A stretch of DNA of 64,000 nucleotides from Elusimicrobia bacterium RIFOXYA12_FULL_51_18 (GTDB lineage: Bacteria > Elusimicrobiota > Elusimicrobia > Elusimicrobiales > UBA9959): NCBI GenBank assembly GCA_001800245.1, contig MGVA01000018.1, positions 12,134 through 76,133 on the forward strand, in the 5' to 3' direction. The notes under the pieces were generated by a model, which saw nothing but the letters and a program-made list of their open reading frames with translations, searched no databases and was not told the origin of the DNA. Position numbers and translations under genes: made by a program. This document shows, piece by piece, positions 8,824 to 17,646 of the stretch; position 1 is the stretch's first letter, and each line of letters opens with the position of its first letter.

Positions 8824-9854
8824 GTTTTCTTTTTTACCCGGAACTCTTTGAGGGCGGTCTCTATTTTTTCCAGAAGTTCTTTGGTATAAAGCTTTCCGAC
8901 CAGCGCGTGTCTTGCCTCTTCCCCCATGCGTTCAAAAACGGCTATCACTTCGGCGCCGGCGGGAGCGGTGAACGTTACCTTCTCTTTTTTGAGGGTAGCC
9001 AGCGACTTCTCATTGTCCTTACGGCTGGCGGAGGTAAGGGCCTTTAAATGCCTGTCTCCCAGCTCCAGCAGGATCTGCCGGTCCTCTTTGGAAATGGAAT
9101 CATAGGCCTTTTTTGAGATGACCACAGCGCCGGATGCGGTGGCTATAGGCAGAGCCAGTACGTATTTCATCTTGGTGTACCACTGCAGCGGGATCACGGT
9201 CGCCGGAGCGCTGTAGACCGCGTTTATCATGCCGGTCTGCAGGGAAGTCATCACATCCGTGATGGAAAGGGGTATCGGTTTTATCTTCATGGCGGAGAAA
9301 GTGGCTTCGGCTATAGGGTCGCCTTCCCAGATCCACATCTTCACTTTCTGCAGATCGTCCGGGTTCGTGACCGGAGTGTTGGCGAACATATATACGTTGC
9401 CCACCTCGGTCCAGCCGAGCAGGATATAGCCTCTTGACTCGAATATTTTCCGGAAATCAACATCCAGCATTTTGTAAATATGGTCCATTTCCGCGGTATT
9501 CTTGAACAGGAACGGCGTATCTAGAATGCGTGTTTCCGGGGCTATCTCGCCCAGGCCCACTCCGGTGAAGCCCGCCGCCTGCAGCTGGCCCAGGCGGATC
9601 TTTCTGGACACGTCTTTTTCATCCCCGGAGACGCCCCCGGCGTAGATCTTGAACTTCACGCGCCCCTGGGTCTTAGAGACAAGTTCGTCGTTGAACTGGC
9701 GCATAGTCTTCATCCAGGCGGTGCCTTCCGGCGCCAGGGTGGCGAACTTCACCACGGTCTGCGCGTTTGCCGTGGGGATGGAAACCAAAGAATAGAAAAT
9801 GGAAAATAGAAAATAAAAAACAGGGAATAAAACCGGATTTTTAGAACAGATCAT
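8820..9854 (-). CDS. dctP: TRAP transporter substrate-binding protein
   Basis: 344 aa with a signal peptide ending ANAQ. The architecture is DctP-like, and its stop overlaps the dctQ start. Confidence 0.85.
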   Translation of the reverse strand: MICSKNPVLFPVFYFLFSIFYSLVSIPTANAQTVVKFATLAPEGTAWMKTMRQFNDELVSKTQGRVKFKIYAGGVSGDEKDVSRKIRLGQLQAAGFTGVGLGEIAPETRILDTPFLFKNTAEMDHIYKMLDVDFRKIFESRGYILLGWTEVGNVYMFANTPVTNPDDLQKVKMWIWEGDPIAEATFSAMKIKPIPLSITDVMTSLQTGMINAVYSAPATVIPLQWYTKMKYVLALPIATASGAVVISKKAYDSISKEDRQILLELGDRHLKALTSASRKDNEKSLATLKKEKVTFTAPAGAEVIAVFERMGEEARHALVGKLYTKELLEKIETALKEFRVKKKT

Positions 9855-10701
9855 CTTTTTTCTCCAGTAATTTTTTCGCTTTGATCTTGGCCACCTCGTT
9901 CGGCAGGCGGGCAGTATCGTCCTTCAGTTCGGCGCCCAGTATGGCGTTCAGCGCTTTTTCAAAATAATCCTGGTCCTGCGCGGCCACGGCGTACATCTTG
10001 GCGCTCATGTAGGTGTTCAGCAGAAAGTCCGCTCCCGCGCCCTGGAGGGCTTTGTCGAAATTGAGCTTGGCTTTTTCCGGATTGCCGCCGAGTATTCTGG
10101 GCAATAGGGCGTTATAGGTGCCCAGCATGGCGTAGGAACCGTTGTAATAATAAGCCGGGGTGAGTTCGGCCACCCTTTCCGCGACCGGCATGATTTTGGG
10201 GAGTTCCGCCACGGCGTCCGGATTGTCGCGGTTAAGATTAACGTAGGCGGCGCGGCAGAAAGTATGCCAGAAAGCGGCCGGCGCGGAATTCTTATCCAGC
10301 GCCAGGGGCGATACCGAACCTTCCTTTACGGCCCCTTTAAGCGCAAGGGCCTTGAGGGCGTAGGCGGCTCCTTTTTCATACAGTGCGGAGGCGCGGGTTT
10401 CGCTTTCGTCCTCTATGAACATGAAACCGTAACCGCAAAAGCCCATGGCCGCGTCCAGAAGCAGGGTCTGGTTTCCGGGATCGCTTTCCAGGAGGACTTC
10501 CATGAGCTTAAGGTTCGCCGGCAGGGCTTCCCGCGCGAACTGCGGGTCTTTTTCCCTGTAGATTGCGGGCAGGCCCTTGTCTATTATGGAAGCCGTAGAC
10601 TTCGCCGCCAGCCTGTTAAGCGAACAGCCGGTCAGCGCCAGTGAGAGAATAGCGAATATGGAATAAAAAACGGAAAGCATGTTCCCGGCGGTTTGGTTCA
10701 T
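9841..10701 (-). CDS. TRAP-associated TPR lipoprotein (TatT component family)
   Basis: Lipobox LTGC followed by a helical TPR-like body, sitting directly upstream of and overlapping dctP. This matches the TPAT arrangement described in Treponema. Confidence 0.7.
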   Translation of the reverse strand: MNQTAGNMLSVFYSIFAILSLALTGCSLNRLAAKSTASIIDKGLPAIYREKDPQFAREALPANLKLMEVLLESDPGNQTLLLDAAMGFCGYGFMFIEDESETRASALYEKGAAYALKALALKGAVKEGSVSPLALDKNSAPAAFWHTFCRAAYVNLNRDNPDAVAELPKIMPVAERVAELTPAYYYNGSYAMLGTYNALLPRILGGNPEKAKLNFDKALQGAGADFLLNTYMSAKMYAVAAQDQDYFEKALNAILGAELKDDTARLPNEVAKIKAKKLLEKKDDLF

Positions 10702-12257
10702 TTTCTTTCCTCTTTGACCATAGCGGCGAATCTTGAAAGCAGCTCGCGGTGTTTTCTTAAAAAGTTCTCCGCCGGGGTGGGGAATTTATAAGTCCAGTTG
10801 GCGGTTCCAATAGTGCCTGGCAGGTTGATCCGGTCGCGGGAACCGAAGATGTCCTGTATGGGTAGGATTACAAGGCTTGAGGCGGCCCTCAGCAGTTTCC
10901 TGACGACGCTTTCCCTTGATCTTGAAAAGACGGGAGGCTTTTCTCCGCCTCCGGAGACCATTGCCCAAAAAAGTTTTTTCTCCATGTAATCCACTGTGTC
11001 CCACCAGTCGGCCATGGGTTCGTTATCGTGGGTGGAAGAGGTGGCCAGCGCCACACGCGGATAGTTTTCCGGCTCGGTGTAATTGCCGTCCTTCTTTTTT
11101 TCCCAGCGCATGACTTTGTAGCCGGGGATGTTGAGTTCGTTAAGGACCTCGTAAACGAAAGGGGGAATAACGCCCAAGTCCTCGGCCACCGGAAGCATGC
11201 GGCTGGCGCCGCTGATAGCTTCAAGAAAACGCCGGCCCCGTTCCCGCTGCTCTTTCGCGTCTTTAATGTCGAAATCCGGTTTCAGCGCGACATCGTGCGG
11301 GATGACCCAGGTTCTGAAAAATCCGACCAGGTGGTCGATGCGGAACAGGTCGTAGAAGTCTTCCGATTTTTTCACTTTGAGGCGCCACCATTCAAAATTG
11401 TTCTTTTCCGTTTCCTGCCATTGATAGGCCGGCAGTCCCCATCTTTGGCCGGTTTCGCTGAAAGCGTCGGGCGGGGCGCCGATCTCCCTGTGGATGTCGA
11501 ACTCGTTCTGGCGGGCCCAGACGTCGGCGCTTTCCTGGTTAACCATGAAAGGCAGGTCGCCCATGAGGAGTACGCCTTTCGCGGCGGCTTTGTCTTTTAC
11601 CGCGCGCCATTGGCGGTCTATGACCCACTGCAGGTACTTGAAGAACAGCACCTGGTTTTCATTGGCGGCTTCAAATTCCTTCAGGGCCGCGGGATCATGG
11701 CGCCTCAAAGGTTCTTCCCAGTGCGTCCAGGAAGCCCAGCTATGCGTGTCTTTTAGATGGCGAAAAAGCGCGTAATCGTTCAGCCAGCAGGCGTTCTTTT
11801 CGCCGAAGGCGAAAAAATCATCCGCCTGGTGCGTATCTTTAAGGATGTGGCGCTCATGGAAGCGGCAGTAAAGTTTCCAGAGGATGTCGAACTTCAATTG
11901 CTTGACGTCGTTATACTGCACCTTTTTTGAGGCGCGCAGGCGCCGCAGGCCGGCCTGGAATTTTTTAGACGCTATCTCCTCTTTCAGTTCCGGAAATTCT
12001 TCGAGTTCCGGGATATCATCTATGGCGATAAAGATCGGGTCTATGGCGAAAGCGCTCAGCGCGGTATAGGGGCAGGCCACCCCTGGCGGCGTCTCGTTGA
12101 CCGGCAGGAGCTGGATCAGGTCCAGGTTCAATTCGGCCAGGGCGTCTATCCATAGGCCCATGCCCGATATGTCGCCTATGCCCCAGTCCTTTTTTGAGCG
12201 CATGGAGAAGAGGGGGAAGAGCGTGCCGGTATGTTTCTTATCTAGTAAGGGGTGCAT
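10698..12257 (-). CDS. malQ: 4-alpha-glucanotransferase (amylomaltase, GH77)
   Basis: 519 aa. The N-terminus reads FPLFSMRSKKDWGIGD...LLPVNET, and the IDH and STHDN motif regions are present. Confidence 0.9.
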   Translation of the reverse strand: MHPLLDKKHTGTLFPLFSMRSKKDWGIGDISGMGLWIDALAELNLDLIQLLPVNETPPGVACPYTALSAFAIDPIFIAIDDIPELEEFPELKEEIASKKFQAGLRRLRASKKVQYNDVKQLKFDILWKLYCRFHERHILKDTHQADDFFAFGEKNACWLNDYALFRHLKDTHSWASWTHWEEPLRRHDPAALKEFEAANENQVLFFKYLQWVIDRQWRAVKDKAAAKGVLLMGDLPFMVNQESADVWARQNEFDIHREIGAPPDAFSETGQRWGLPAYQWQETEKNNFEWWRLKVKKSEDFYDLFRIDHLVGFFRTWVIPHDVALKPDFDIKDAKEQRERGRRFLEAISGASRMLPVAEDLGVIPPFVYEVLNELNIPGYKVMRWEKKKDGNYTEPENYPRVALATSSTHDNEPMADWWDTVDYMEKKLFWAMVSGGGEKPPVFSRSRESVVRKLLRAASSLVILPIQDIFGSRDRINLPGTIGTANWTYKFPTPAENFLRKHRELLSRFAAMVKEERK

Positions 12258-12636
12258 AGGCGCTTACCGCGACCGCTTCTATTTCAACCAGCGCCGCCTT
12301 GGGCAGAGCTTTTACTTCTATGGTGGCCCTGGCCGGCGGATTTTTGGCGAAGAAACGGGCGTAAACTTCGTTCATGTTCTGAAATTCTTTCAGGTCGGTC
12401 ATGAAGACCGTGGTTTTAACAACGCTGTCCGGGGTGAGGCCGCGCGATTTGAGAATGGCTTCGATATTTTTTAAGACGGCTTCCGTTTGTCCGGCGGCGT
12501 CGGTTCCCGTAATATTCCCGGTTGCCGGATCTACGGGCAGCTGGCCCGAGATGAAGATGAAGCCGCCGGCCTCAACAGCCTGGGAATAAGGGCCGATGGC
12601 CGCCGGGGCGCCGGGGGTTGAAATGATGCTCTTCAT
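12238..12636 (-). CDS. ridA: RidA/YjgF family reactive-intermediate deaminase
   Basis: 132 aa with the signature PAAIGPYSQAV...ISGQLP. Confidence 0.9.
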   Translation of the reverse strand: MKSIISTPGAPAAIGPYSQAVEAGGFIFISGQLPVDPATGNITGTDAAGQTEAVLKNIEAILKSRGLTPDSVVKTTVFMTDLKEFQNMNEVYARFFAKNPPARATIEVKALPKAALVEIEAVAVSAYAPLTR

Positions 12637-12640
12637 TTTT

Positions 12641-12838
12641 TTAATTTCCTTTTTGCGATGCTATAAATTTTTCAATGGAGCGGTCGTAAGTTCTTTCGGC
12701 TTCCTTGCTGAAAAGGCAGCCCGGCAATTCGCCGGCGGCGCGGTGATAAGCCACGCAGTCGCAACAGAGGCCTTTGCGAGGGCAGGGTTCGTAAGTGCAG
12801 GAGCAGGTTTTAGCGTTATCGGTTTTTTTGCAGTTCAT
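12641..12838 (-). CDS. Small Cys-rich protein (DUF6485-like)
   Basis: 65 aa with 9 Cys ([21 protein letters not shown]). It is the first gene of the minus-strand operon. Confidence 0.5.
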   Translation of the reverse strand: MNCKKTDNAKTCSCTYEPCPRKGLCCDCVAYHRAAGELPGCLFSKEAERTYDRSIEKFIASQKGN

Positions 12839-13001
12839 GAGCGCTCTTTAATGATTCTTCACATATGATATAAAATTTACTATTCCTCATAAAAGGGATG
12901 TTTTCTATTCTTCCTTTAAAAGCATCCGGCGCCGCGCGCGTGGAACCCGTCCCCGCCGCCGGGGCTTGCCGATACGCTGATAATATCGTTTAATTCTGAC
13001 C

Positions 13002-14393
13002 ATGGAAGCCGGAAAGAAAATACATTTTATCGGGATCGGCGGTTCCGGGATGAGCGCATTGTCGCAGATAGCGGCTATGGAAGGCCGCGCCGTGACGGGG
13101 TCGGACCGGGATTTTGATAACGGGAGGAATACGGCCTTTAAAACGGCGCTTGAGCGGCTGGGTATAAAGATTTTTCCCCAGGACGGCTCGGGTATAGAGC
13201 GGGACACGGCCGAAGTTGCGGTCTCCACCGCCATAGAGGATTCCAATCCGGAGATCTCAAAAGCGCGGTCGGTCTCCGCCAGGATCATCCACCGTTCCGA
13301 ACTTCTTTCTTCCTATGTCGACAGTTTTAAGACCATCGCCGTTGGCGGCACCAGCGGCAAGTCCACGGTGGTCGGCATGATCTTCACTATACTTGAAGAG
13401 GCGGGCTTCGGCCCCGGTGTCATCACCGGCGGCCCGCTGGTAACGCTTAAAGAGCGGGGTTTCATGGGCAATGCCTGGCTGGGCAAGGGGCCGTCCGAGG
13501 CGCGCGGCCAGGGCCATATTATGGTGATAGAAGCCGATGAATCCGACGGCACCATCGTTAAATATCGCCCCGCAATAGGCCTTATCCTTAACATCAGCAA
13601 GGACCATAAGGATGTTTCCGAGATAAAGAACATTTTTAAACAATTCGCTGGAAATGTTAAGAAATTATATGTCAACGCCGATGACCCCGAACTTGCCGAT
13701 TTTGGGCGCGGGGCGGAACTTTTCGGCCGCGCCGGCTTCGGTTTCAGGCTTGAGGATCTGAAAATGGCGATGTTCAGCTCTTCTTTCAGATTGAACGGGG
13801 TTGACTTCGAACTGCCCGCGCCCGGTTCTTATAATATCGAAAACGCTCTGGCCGCGGTGCGCGTCGCGTTGGATCTGGGTGTGAAGCTTGAGCTGTGCGC
13901 CGAAGGTCTTAAAAAGTTCAGAGGGATACAGAGGCGCTTTGAATTGATCGGTGAGGCCGGCGGTATTACCGTGCTGGACGATTACGCCCACAATCCGGCC
14001 AAGATCTCAGCGGTGCTCGGAGCTTTGCGCCGGTCTTCCGACAGGCGGTTGATAGTCGTTTATCAGCCCCATGGTTATTCTCCCACGCGCCATCTCAGGC
14101 GCGAACTGGTAGAGTCTTTCACCGGCGGTCTGGCCTCGGAAGACATCCTTATCATGCCCGAAATATATTACGCCGGCGGCACGGTGGCCAAAGACATCTC
14201 CTCCGAAGACCTGGTGAAAGAGATCGCGGCCAGGGGCCGGAAGGCTTTTTATTTCAAACAGCGTGTAGATATTATCCCCATGGCTTTAGAATTGGCCGCT
14301 CCGGGCGATATCTTTATTGTTATGGGCGCCAGGGACTGGACCCTTTCCGATTTTGCCAGGGAGCTTTTTGAAAAGATAAAAAGGAAGATCTGA
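13002..14393 (+). CDS. murC: MurC/Mpl-family Mur ligase (UDP-N-acetylmuramate--L-alanine ligase-like)
   Basis: Motifs IHFIGIGGSGMS, P-loop GGTSGKST, EADESDG, NISKDH, GIQRRFE and DDYAHNP are collinear with E. coli MurC. Confidence 0.8.
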   Translation: MEAGKKIHFIGIGGSGMSALSQIAAMEGRAVTGSDRDFDNGRNTAFKTALERLGIKIFPQDGSGIERDTAEVAVSTAIEDSNPEISKARSVSARIIHRSELLSSYVDSFKTIAVGGTSGKSTVVGMIFTILEEAGFGPGVITGGPLVTLKERGFMGNAWLGKGPSEARGQGHIMVIEADESDGTIVKYRPAIGLILNISKDHKDVSEIKNIFKQFAGNVKKLYVNADDPELADFGRGAELFGRAGFGFRLEDLKMAMFSSSFRLNGVDFELPAPGSYNIENALAAVRVALDLGVKLELCAEGLKKFRGIQRRFELIGEAGGITVLDDYAHNPAKISAVLGALRRSSDRRLIVVYQPHGYSPTRHLRRELVESFTGGLASEDILIMPEIYYAGGTVAKDISSEDLVKEIAARGRKAFYFKQRVDIIPMALELAAPGDIFIVMGARDWTLSDFARELFEKIKRKI

Positions 14394-14394
14394 C

Positions 14395-14673
14395 GTGGCT
14401 GAAATAAGGGTGATGGTCTATACTACCTTGAGGGCGCGGCTGGGTTTTTCCAGGATTGATTTGTCCGGGAAAACGGTGTCCGGGCTCCTTTCCAAACTTG
14501 CGGTTTCCGGAAAGGCCGATGTTTCCGGGCTGCTTTTTGAGCCCGGAGGAGCGGTCCGCAACCACTTTGTGCTCACCCTTAATTCCGAGATACTGGACAA
14601 TAAAAGCACGAATAAAATTAAAGTCAAGGCCGGCGACATCCTTCATGTCTTTCCTCCGATCTCGGGCGGTTGA
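14395..14673 (+). CDS. ThiS/MoaD-family ubiquitin-like small protein with a C-terminal Gly-Gly
   Basis: 92 aa ending ...HVFPPISGG. A GTG start lies 1 nt after the murC stop, and internal GTG/ATG alternatives lie 5-6 codons downstream. Confidence 0.65.
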   Translation: MAEIRVMVYTTLRARLGFSRIDLSGKTVSGLLSKLAVSGKADVSGLLFEPGGAVRNHFVLTLNSEILDNKSTNKIKVKAGDILHVFPPISGG

Positions 14674-14822
14674 CGGATTGTCCGCGATAAATTAAGAACT
14701 TGGCTTTAAAAAACATCCGTCCATAAAATTATACAAGCTGTCGCTGATTAGTTGTTCAGCCGGTGGGCGGGTTCGATGAACCGGATTATTCCAATAACCC
14801 GGTGTGATCAGGAGAAAAATAT

Positions 14823-16031
14823 ATGAAACCAGTGGAACTTTCGAAGAACGTGTTTTTTCAGCAGGTCAATCATTTTAACAGGAGACTTTTCGACTCTCTT
14901 ATACCGCTTCCGGAGGGCACCAGCTATAATTCGTATCTGGTGAAAGGGCGGGATAAGACCGCGCTCCTTGACACCGCCGATCCGGAGAAACGGGAAACGT
15001 TTTTCGACTTCCTGAAAGATGTGAAGTCCCTGGATTATGTCGTAGCCCATCATGCCGAGCAGGATCATTCCGGCTCCATCCCTTTTGTGCTGGAAAAGTA
15101 TCCCCTGGCCAAAGTTGTGGCCAATCCCAAGTGCAAGGAATTGCTGATGAGCCACCTGCAAATCCCCGCCGAAAAGTTCATCGAGGTGAAGGATTACGAC
15201 GTCCTGGACCTGGGCGGCAAAACTTTGCAGTTTATCTATACGCCGTGGGTGCATTGGCCGGAAACCATGGTGACCTATCTAAAGGAGGACAGGATCCTGT
15301 TCTCCTGTGATTTCTTCGGTTCGCACCTGGCCACGGGCGCGGTGTTTTCCGAAGAGAATATCGTGCATGACCCCATGAAGCGTTATTATGCCGAGATCAT
15401 GATGCCCTTCAGGACCAATATCAAAAGCAATCTGGAGAAACTTAAAGGGTTGGACCTGGCTATGATAGCCCCCAGCCACGGGCCGGTGCATAAAAATGTC
15501 GCTTTTGTGAAGGGCCTCTATCAGGACTGGGCGGTCGGAGACACAAAGAATAATGTGCTGGTGGCATATGTGTCTATGCACGGAAGCACCGCCATGCTGG
15601 TCAACCGGCTGGTCAGCCGCCTTCAGGAGCTGGGTGTAGCCGTTGAAAAACTGAATCTTGAACAATTGGACGAAGGTCGTGTGGCTATGGCTCTGGTGGA
15701 CGCTTCCACTATTGTGATAGGCACACCCACGGTACTCGCGGGGCCACATCCCAAGGCTGTCTATGGGGCGTATCTCGCAAACGCGCTCAGGCCCAAGGCT
15801 AAGTTCGTATCAGTCGTGGGCTCTTACGGCTGGGGCGGCAAAGCGGTTGAAATTATAGCCGGCATGATCCCTAATATTAAGGCTGAAGTTTTGAAGCCTG
15901 TAATGATCAAGGGCCGGCCCACCGAAGCGGATCTTGCGCAGATAGACGAACTGGCGGCTCTTATAGCCGAAAAGCATAAGTCGCCGGCGCCGCTTCGTCC
16001 TGAAAATCAGGCCGCCATGGGCGCCGCATAG
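14823..16031 (+). CDS. fprA: Flavodiiron protein (metallo-beta-lactamase-like plus flavodoxin domains)
   Basis: Di-iron motif HHAEQDHSG, a C-terminal flavodoxin-like domain, 402 aa. Confidence 0.88.
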   Translation: MKPVELSKNVFFQQVNHFNRRLFDSLIPLPEGTSYNSYLVKGRDKTALLDTADPEKRETFFDFLKDVKSLDYVVAHHAEQDHSGSIPFVLEKYPLAKVVANPKCKELLMSHLQIPAEKFIEVKDYDVLDLGGKTLQFIYTPWVHWPETMVTYLKEDRILFSCDFFGSHLATGAVFSEENIVHDPMKRYYAEIMMPFRTNIKSNLEKLKGLDLAMIAPSHGPVHKNVAFVKGLYQDWAVGDTKNNVLVAYVSMHGSTAMLVNRLVSRLQELGVAVEKLNLEQLDEGRVAMALVDASTIVIGTPTVLAGPHPKAVYGAYLANALRPKAKFVSVVGSYGWGGKAVEIIAGMIPNIKAEVLKPVMIKGRPTEADLAQIDELAALIAEKHKSPAPLRPENQAAMGAA

Positions 16032-16035
16032 CGGT

Positions 16036-16064
16036 TTTCCGCGGTCGGCGCGCGGCCGCGGAAA
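16036..16064 (+). terminator. Terminator-like GC hairpin after fprA
   Basis: The stem is ttccgcgg(t)c ... g(g)ccgcggaa. There is no clear T-run. Confidence 0.35.
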
Positions 16065-16078
16065 TATTGTTCGCGCCC

Positions 16079-16107
16079 TTGAATTTGCCGGTTTTGTCTG
16101 CTAGACT
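16079..16107 (+). promoter_or_regulatory. Candidate sigma70-type promoter of cluster gene 1
   Basis: TTGAAT, a 17-nt spacer, then TAGACT. Confidence 0.3.
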
Positions 16108-16193
16108 TTATTTATGGATGCCGCTTTATTTCCCGGTCCTTCTAAAGAGGGCGCGGGGGATAAGGAAGATTGTCTTTTATACATGGGGAATTT

Positions 16194-17477
16194 ATGAGCG
16201 AAAATTCAAACAGTAATAACAGAAGGAAAACACTTGTCACACTCATAGCCGCGTTTCTTCTGATCGGGGGCGGGATTTTTGTTTTTTTTGTTTTCCAGGG
16301 CCTGGGCGATTTAACAAACGATAACAAGAGCGGTTTTAGTTACGGCTTTGCCACGAGAAACGTTTTTATTCCTCTTTCCAATTATTTCAATCTGGGCGAT
16401 AATGATGTCGCGCTGGCCAGGAGAACGGGCGAGAAATTAAAGTCGCCGGAGGACGTGCTGTCTGAAGATCCTTCGGGTGATGTCTCAGATTGGATGGCCA
16501 ATGGGGATGCCGGGAATGAAAGCGAAGGAACCGCGAGTGCTTCTTCCCAGTCTTCCGAAAAGACTTCCATCCCCGCAATTAACGGCGCTCTGAGCGGCAT
16601 GGATGGGGGCGGGGGTGGAGAGAGCCAGTCCTCATTAGGGATTTCGGAACTACCCGACAGGACCGACCGTGACAATGTTAAGATAACCGGGGCGCAAAGT
16701 GGAAGGGGTGGCCTCCAGGGCCGGGGCGTCCCGCAGGGGCGTAGCGGCACGTTTAACTCTCTTAGTACCGCAAGGGCCTCGCTGAGTAAGGGCTTGAAGT
16801 CCGGTTCCGCCATGACCGCCAAGGCAAGTTGGGACCAGGGTTTTGGTGCCGGTGGGGCGGGCGCCGCTAAAAAAGGGGGCGAACTTGCTTATGGCAAGGC
16901 CGGTCTGGTTGGTCTGGACCATATCAAGAGCGGCGATATTTCCGATTTGAAGCTTACCAACGACCCTAAATCGCTTAAAGTAGCCGCCCCCGGCGCGCCC
17001 GTAAGGGACGAAGAATCCGAAGCTAAGGATAAGAAGAATAAGAAGGCGAAGTATGCGGAGAAAGCGATGGGCGCGCTGGTAAAGAAGTTCAACTCCTTGA
17101 ATGAGGATAAAGGTGGGAATGGGGCTGAGGCTGAGGCGCCAAACGCGAACAAGCCGCCCGAGGAGGTTGTTGCTGCGGCCACAACCGAGTCACCCGAAGG
17201 AAGTTATTGTCCCAAAGGCTGCGATGGCGGCACAAACGGCACGTATACCGATACAAAGCTGAGTTATCAGAAAGCGGATGATGGGAAATGGCAGGTTACT
17301 TATGAGGGGACACAGTCGGGGCCGAATTGCAATCCTTCCTGTAAATACAGGGATGAGACAGTGGCTAACCCCGGCGGTAAGCCGCCGGTTCAGCTCGTGA
17401 AATCTTTTATCCAGGATCCAAAGACCGGTAAGTGGGAATGCGCGGTGCCGGGAAGTGTTACTCCCTGCCCAAAATAG
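16194..17477 (+). CDS. Cluster protein 1: N-terminal TM anchor, long G/S/A-rich disordered region, Cys-rich C-terminal module
   Basis: Basic N-terminus NNRRK followed by the TM helix LVTLIAAFLLIGGGIFVFFVF. The last ~95 aa carry 6 Cys. The ORF is open from a TTG at 16170. I recognise no family. Confidence 0.7.
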   Translation: MSENSNSNNRRKTLVTLIAAFLLIGGGIFVFFVFQGLGDLTNDNKSGFSYGFATRNVFIPLSNYFNLGDNDVALARRTGEKLKSPEDVLSEDPSGDVSDWMANGDAGNESEGTASASSQSSEKTSIPAINGALSGMDGGGGGESQSSLGISELPDRTDRDNVKITGAQSGRGGLQGRGVPQGRSGTFNSLSTARASLSKGLKSGSAMTAKASWDQGFGAGGAGAAKKGGELAYGKAGLVGLDHIKSGDISDLKLTNDPKSLKVAAPGAPVRDEESEAKDKKNKKAKYAEKAMGALVKKFNSLNEDKGGNGAEAEAPNANKPPEEVVAAATTESPEGSYCPKGCDGGTNGTYTDTKLSYQKADDGKWQVTYEGTQSGPNCNPSCKYRDETVANPGGKPPVQLVKSFIQDPKTGKWECAVPGSVTPCPK

Positions 17478-17527
17478 CAATAATGGTCGGAGTCTGCGGG
17501 GTCATTTTAGCGTGATTGGCATGGCCC

Positions 17528-17556
17528 TTGACAAGTCAAGGAATTTCTGCTACAAC
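17528..17556 (+). promoter_or_regulatory. Candidate sigma70-type promoter of cluster gene 2
   Basis: TTGACA, a 17-nt spacer, then TACAAC. Confidence 0.3.
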
Positions 17557-17646
17557 ATTATTGTGGTATTCGGCTTCGCCCTGAACTTTTTATAAGATCG
17601 TGTCAGGGGAAGTTTAATGTTCTTTTGCGACTAAGGTGGAACGATT

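Noticed and set aside
14395-14673. I considered a bacterial ubiquitin-like conjugation (Bil/Bub-type) system, assembled from the GG-terminated Ubl here, the E1-like ThiF-fold protein (44908..45711) and the JAB-domain RadC (50166..50834).
   Set aside because: The components are 30-36 kb apart in unrelated operons. The E1-like protein matches TcdA along its length, and RadC is a common stand-alone protein. No E2-like gene is present.
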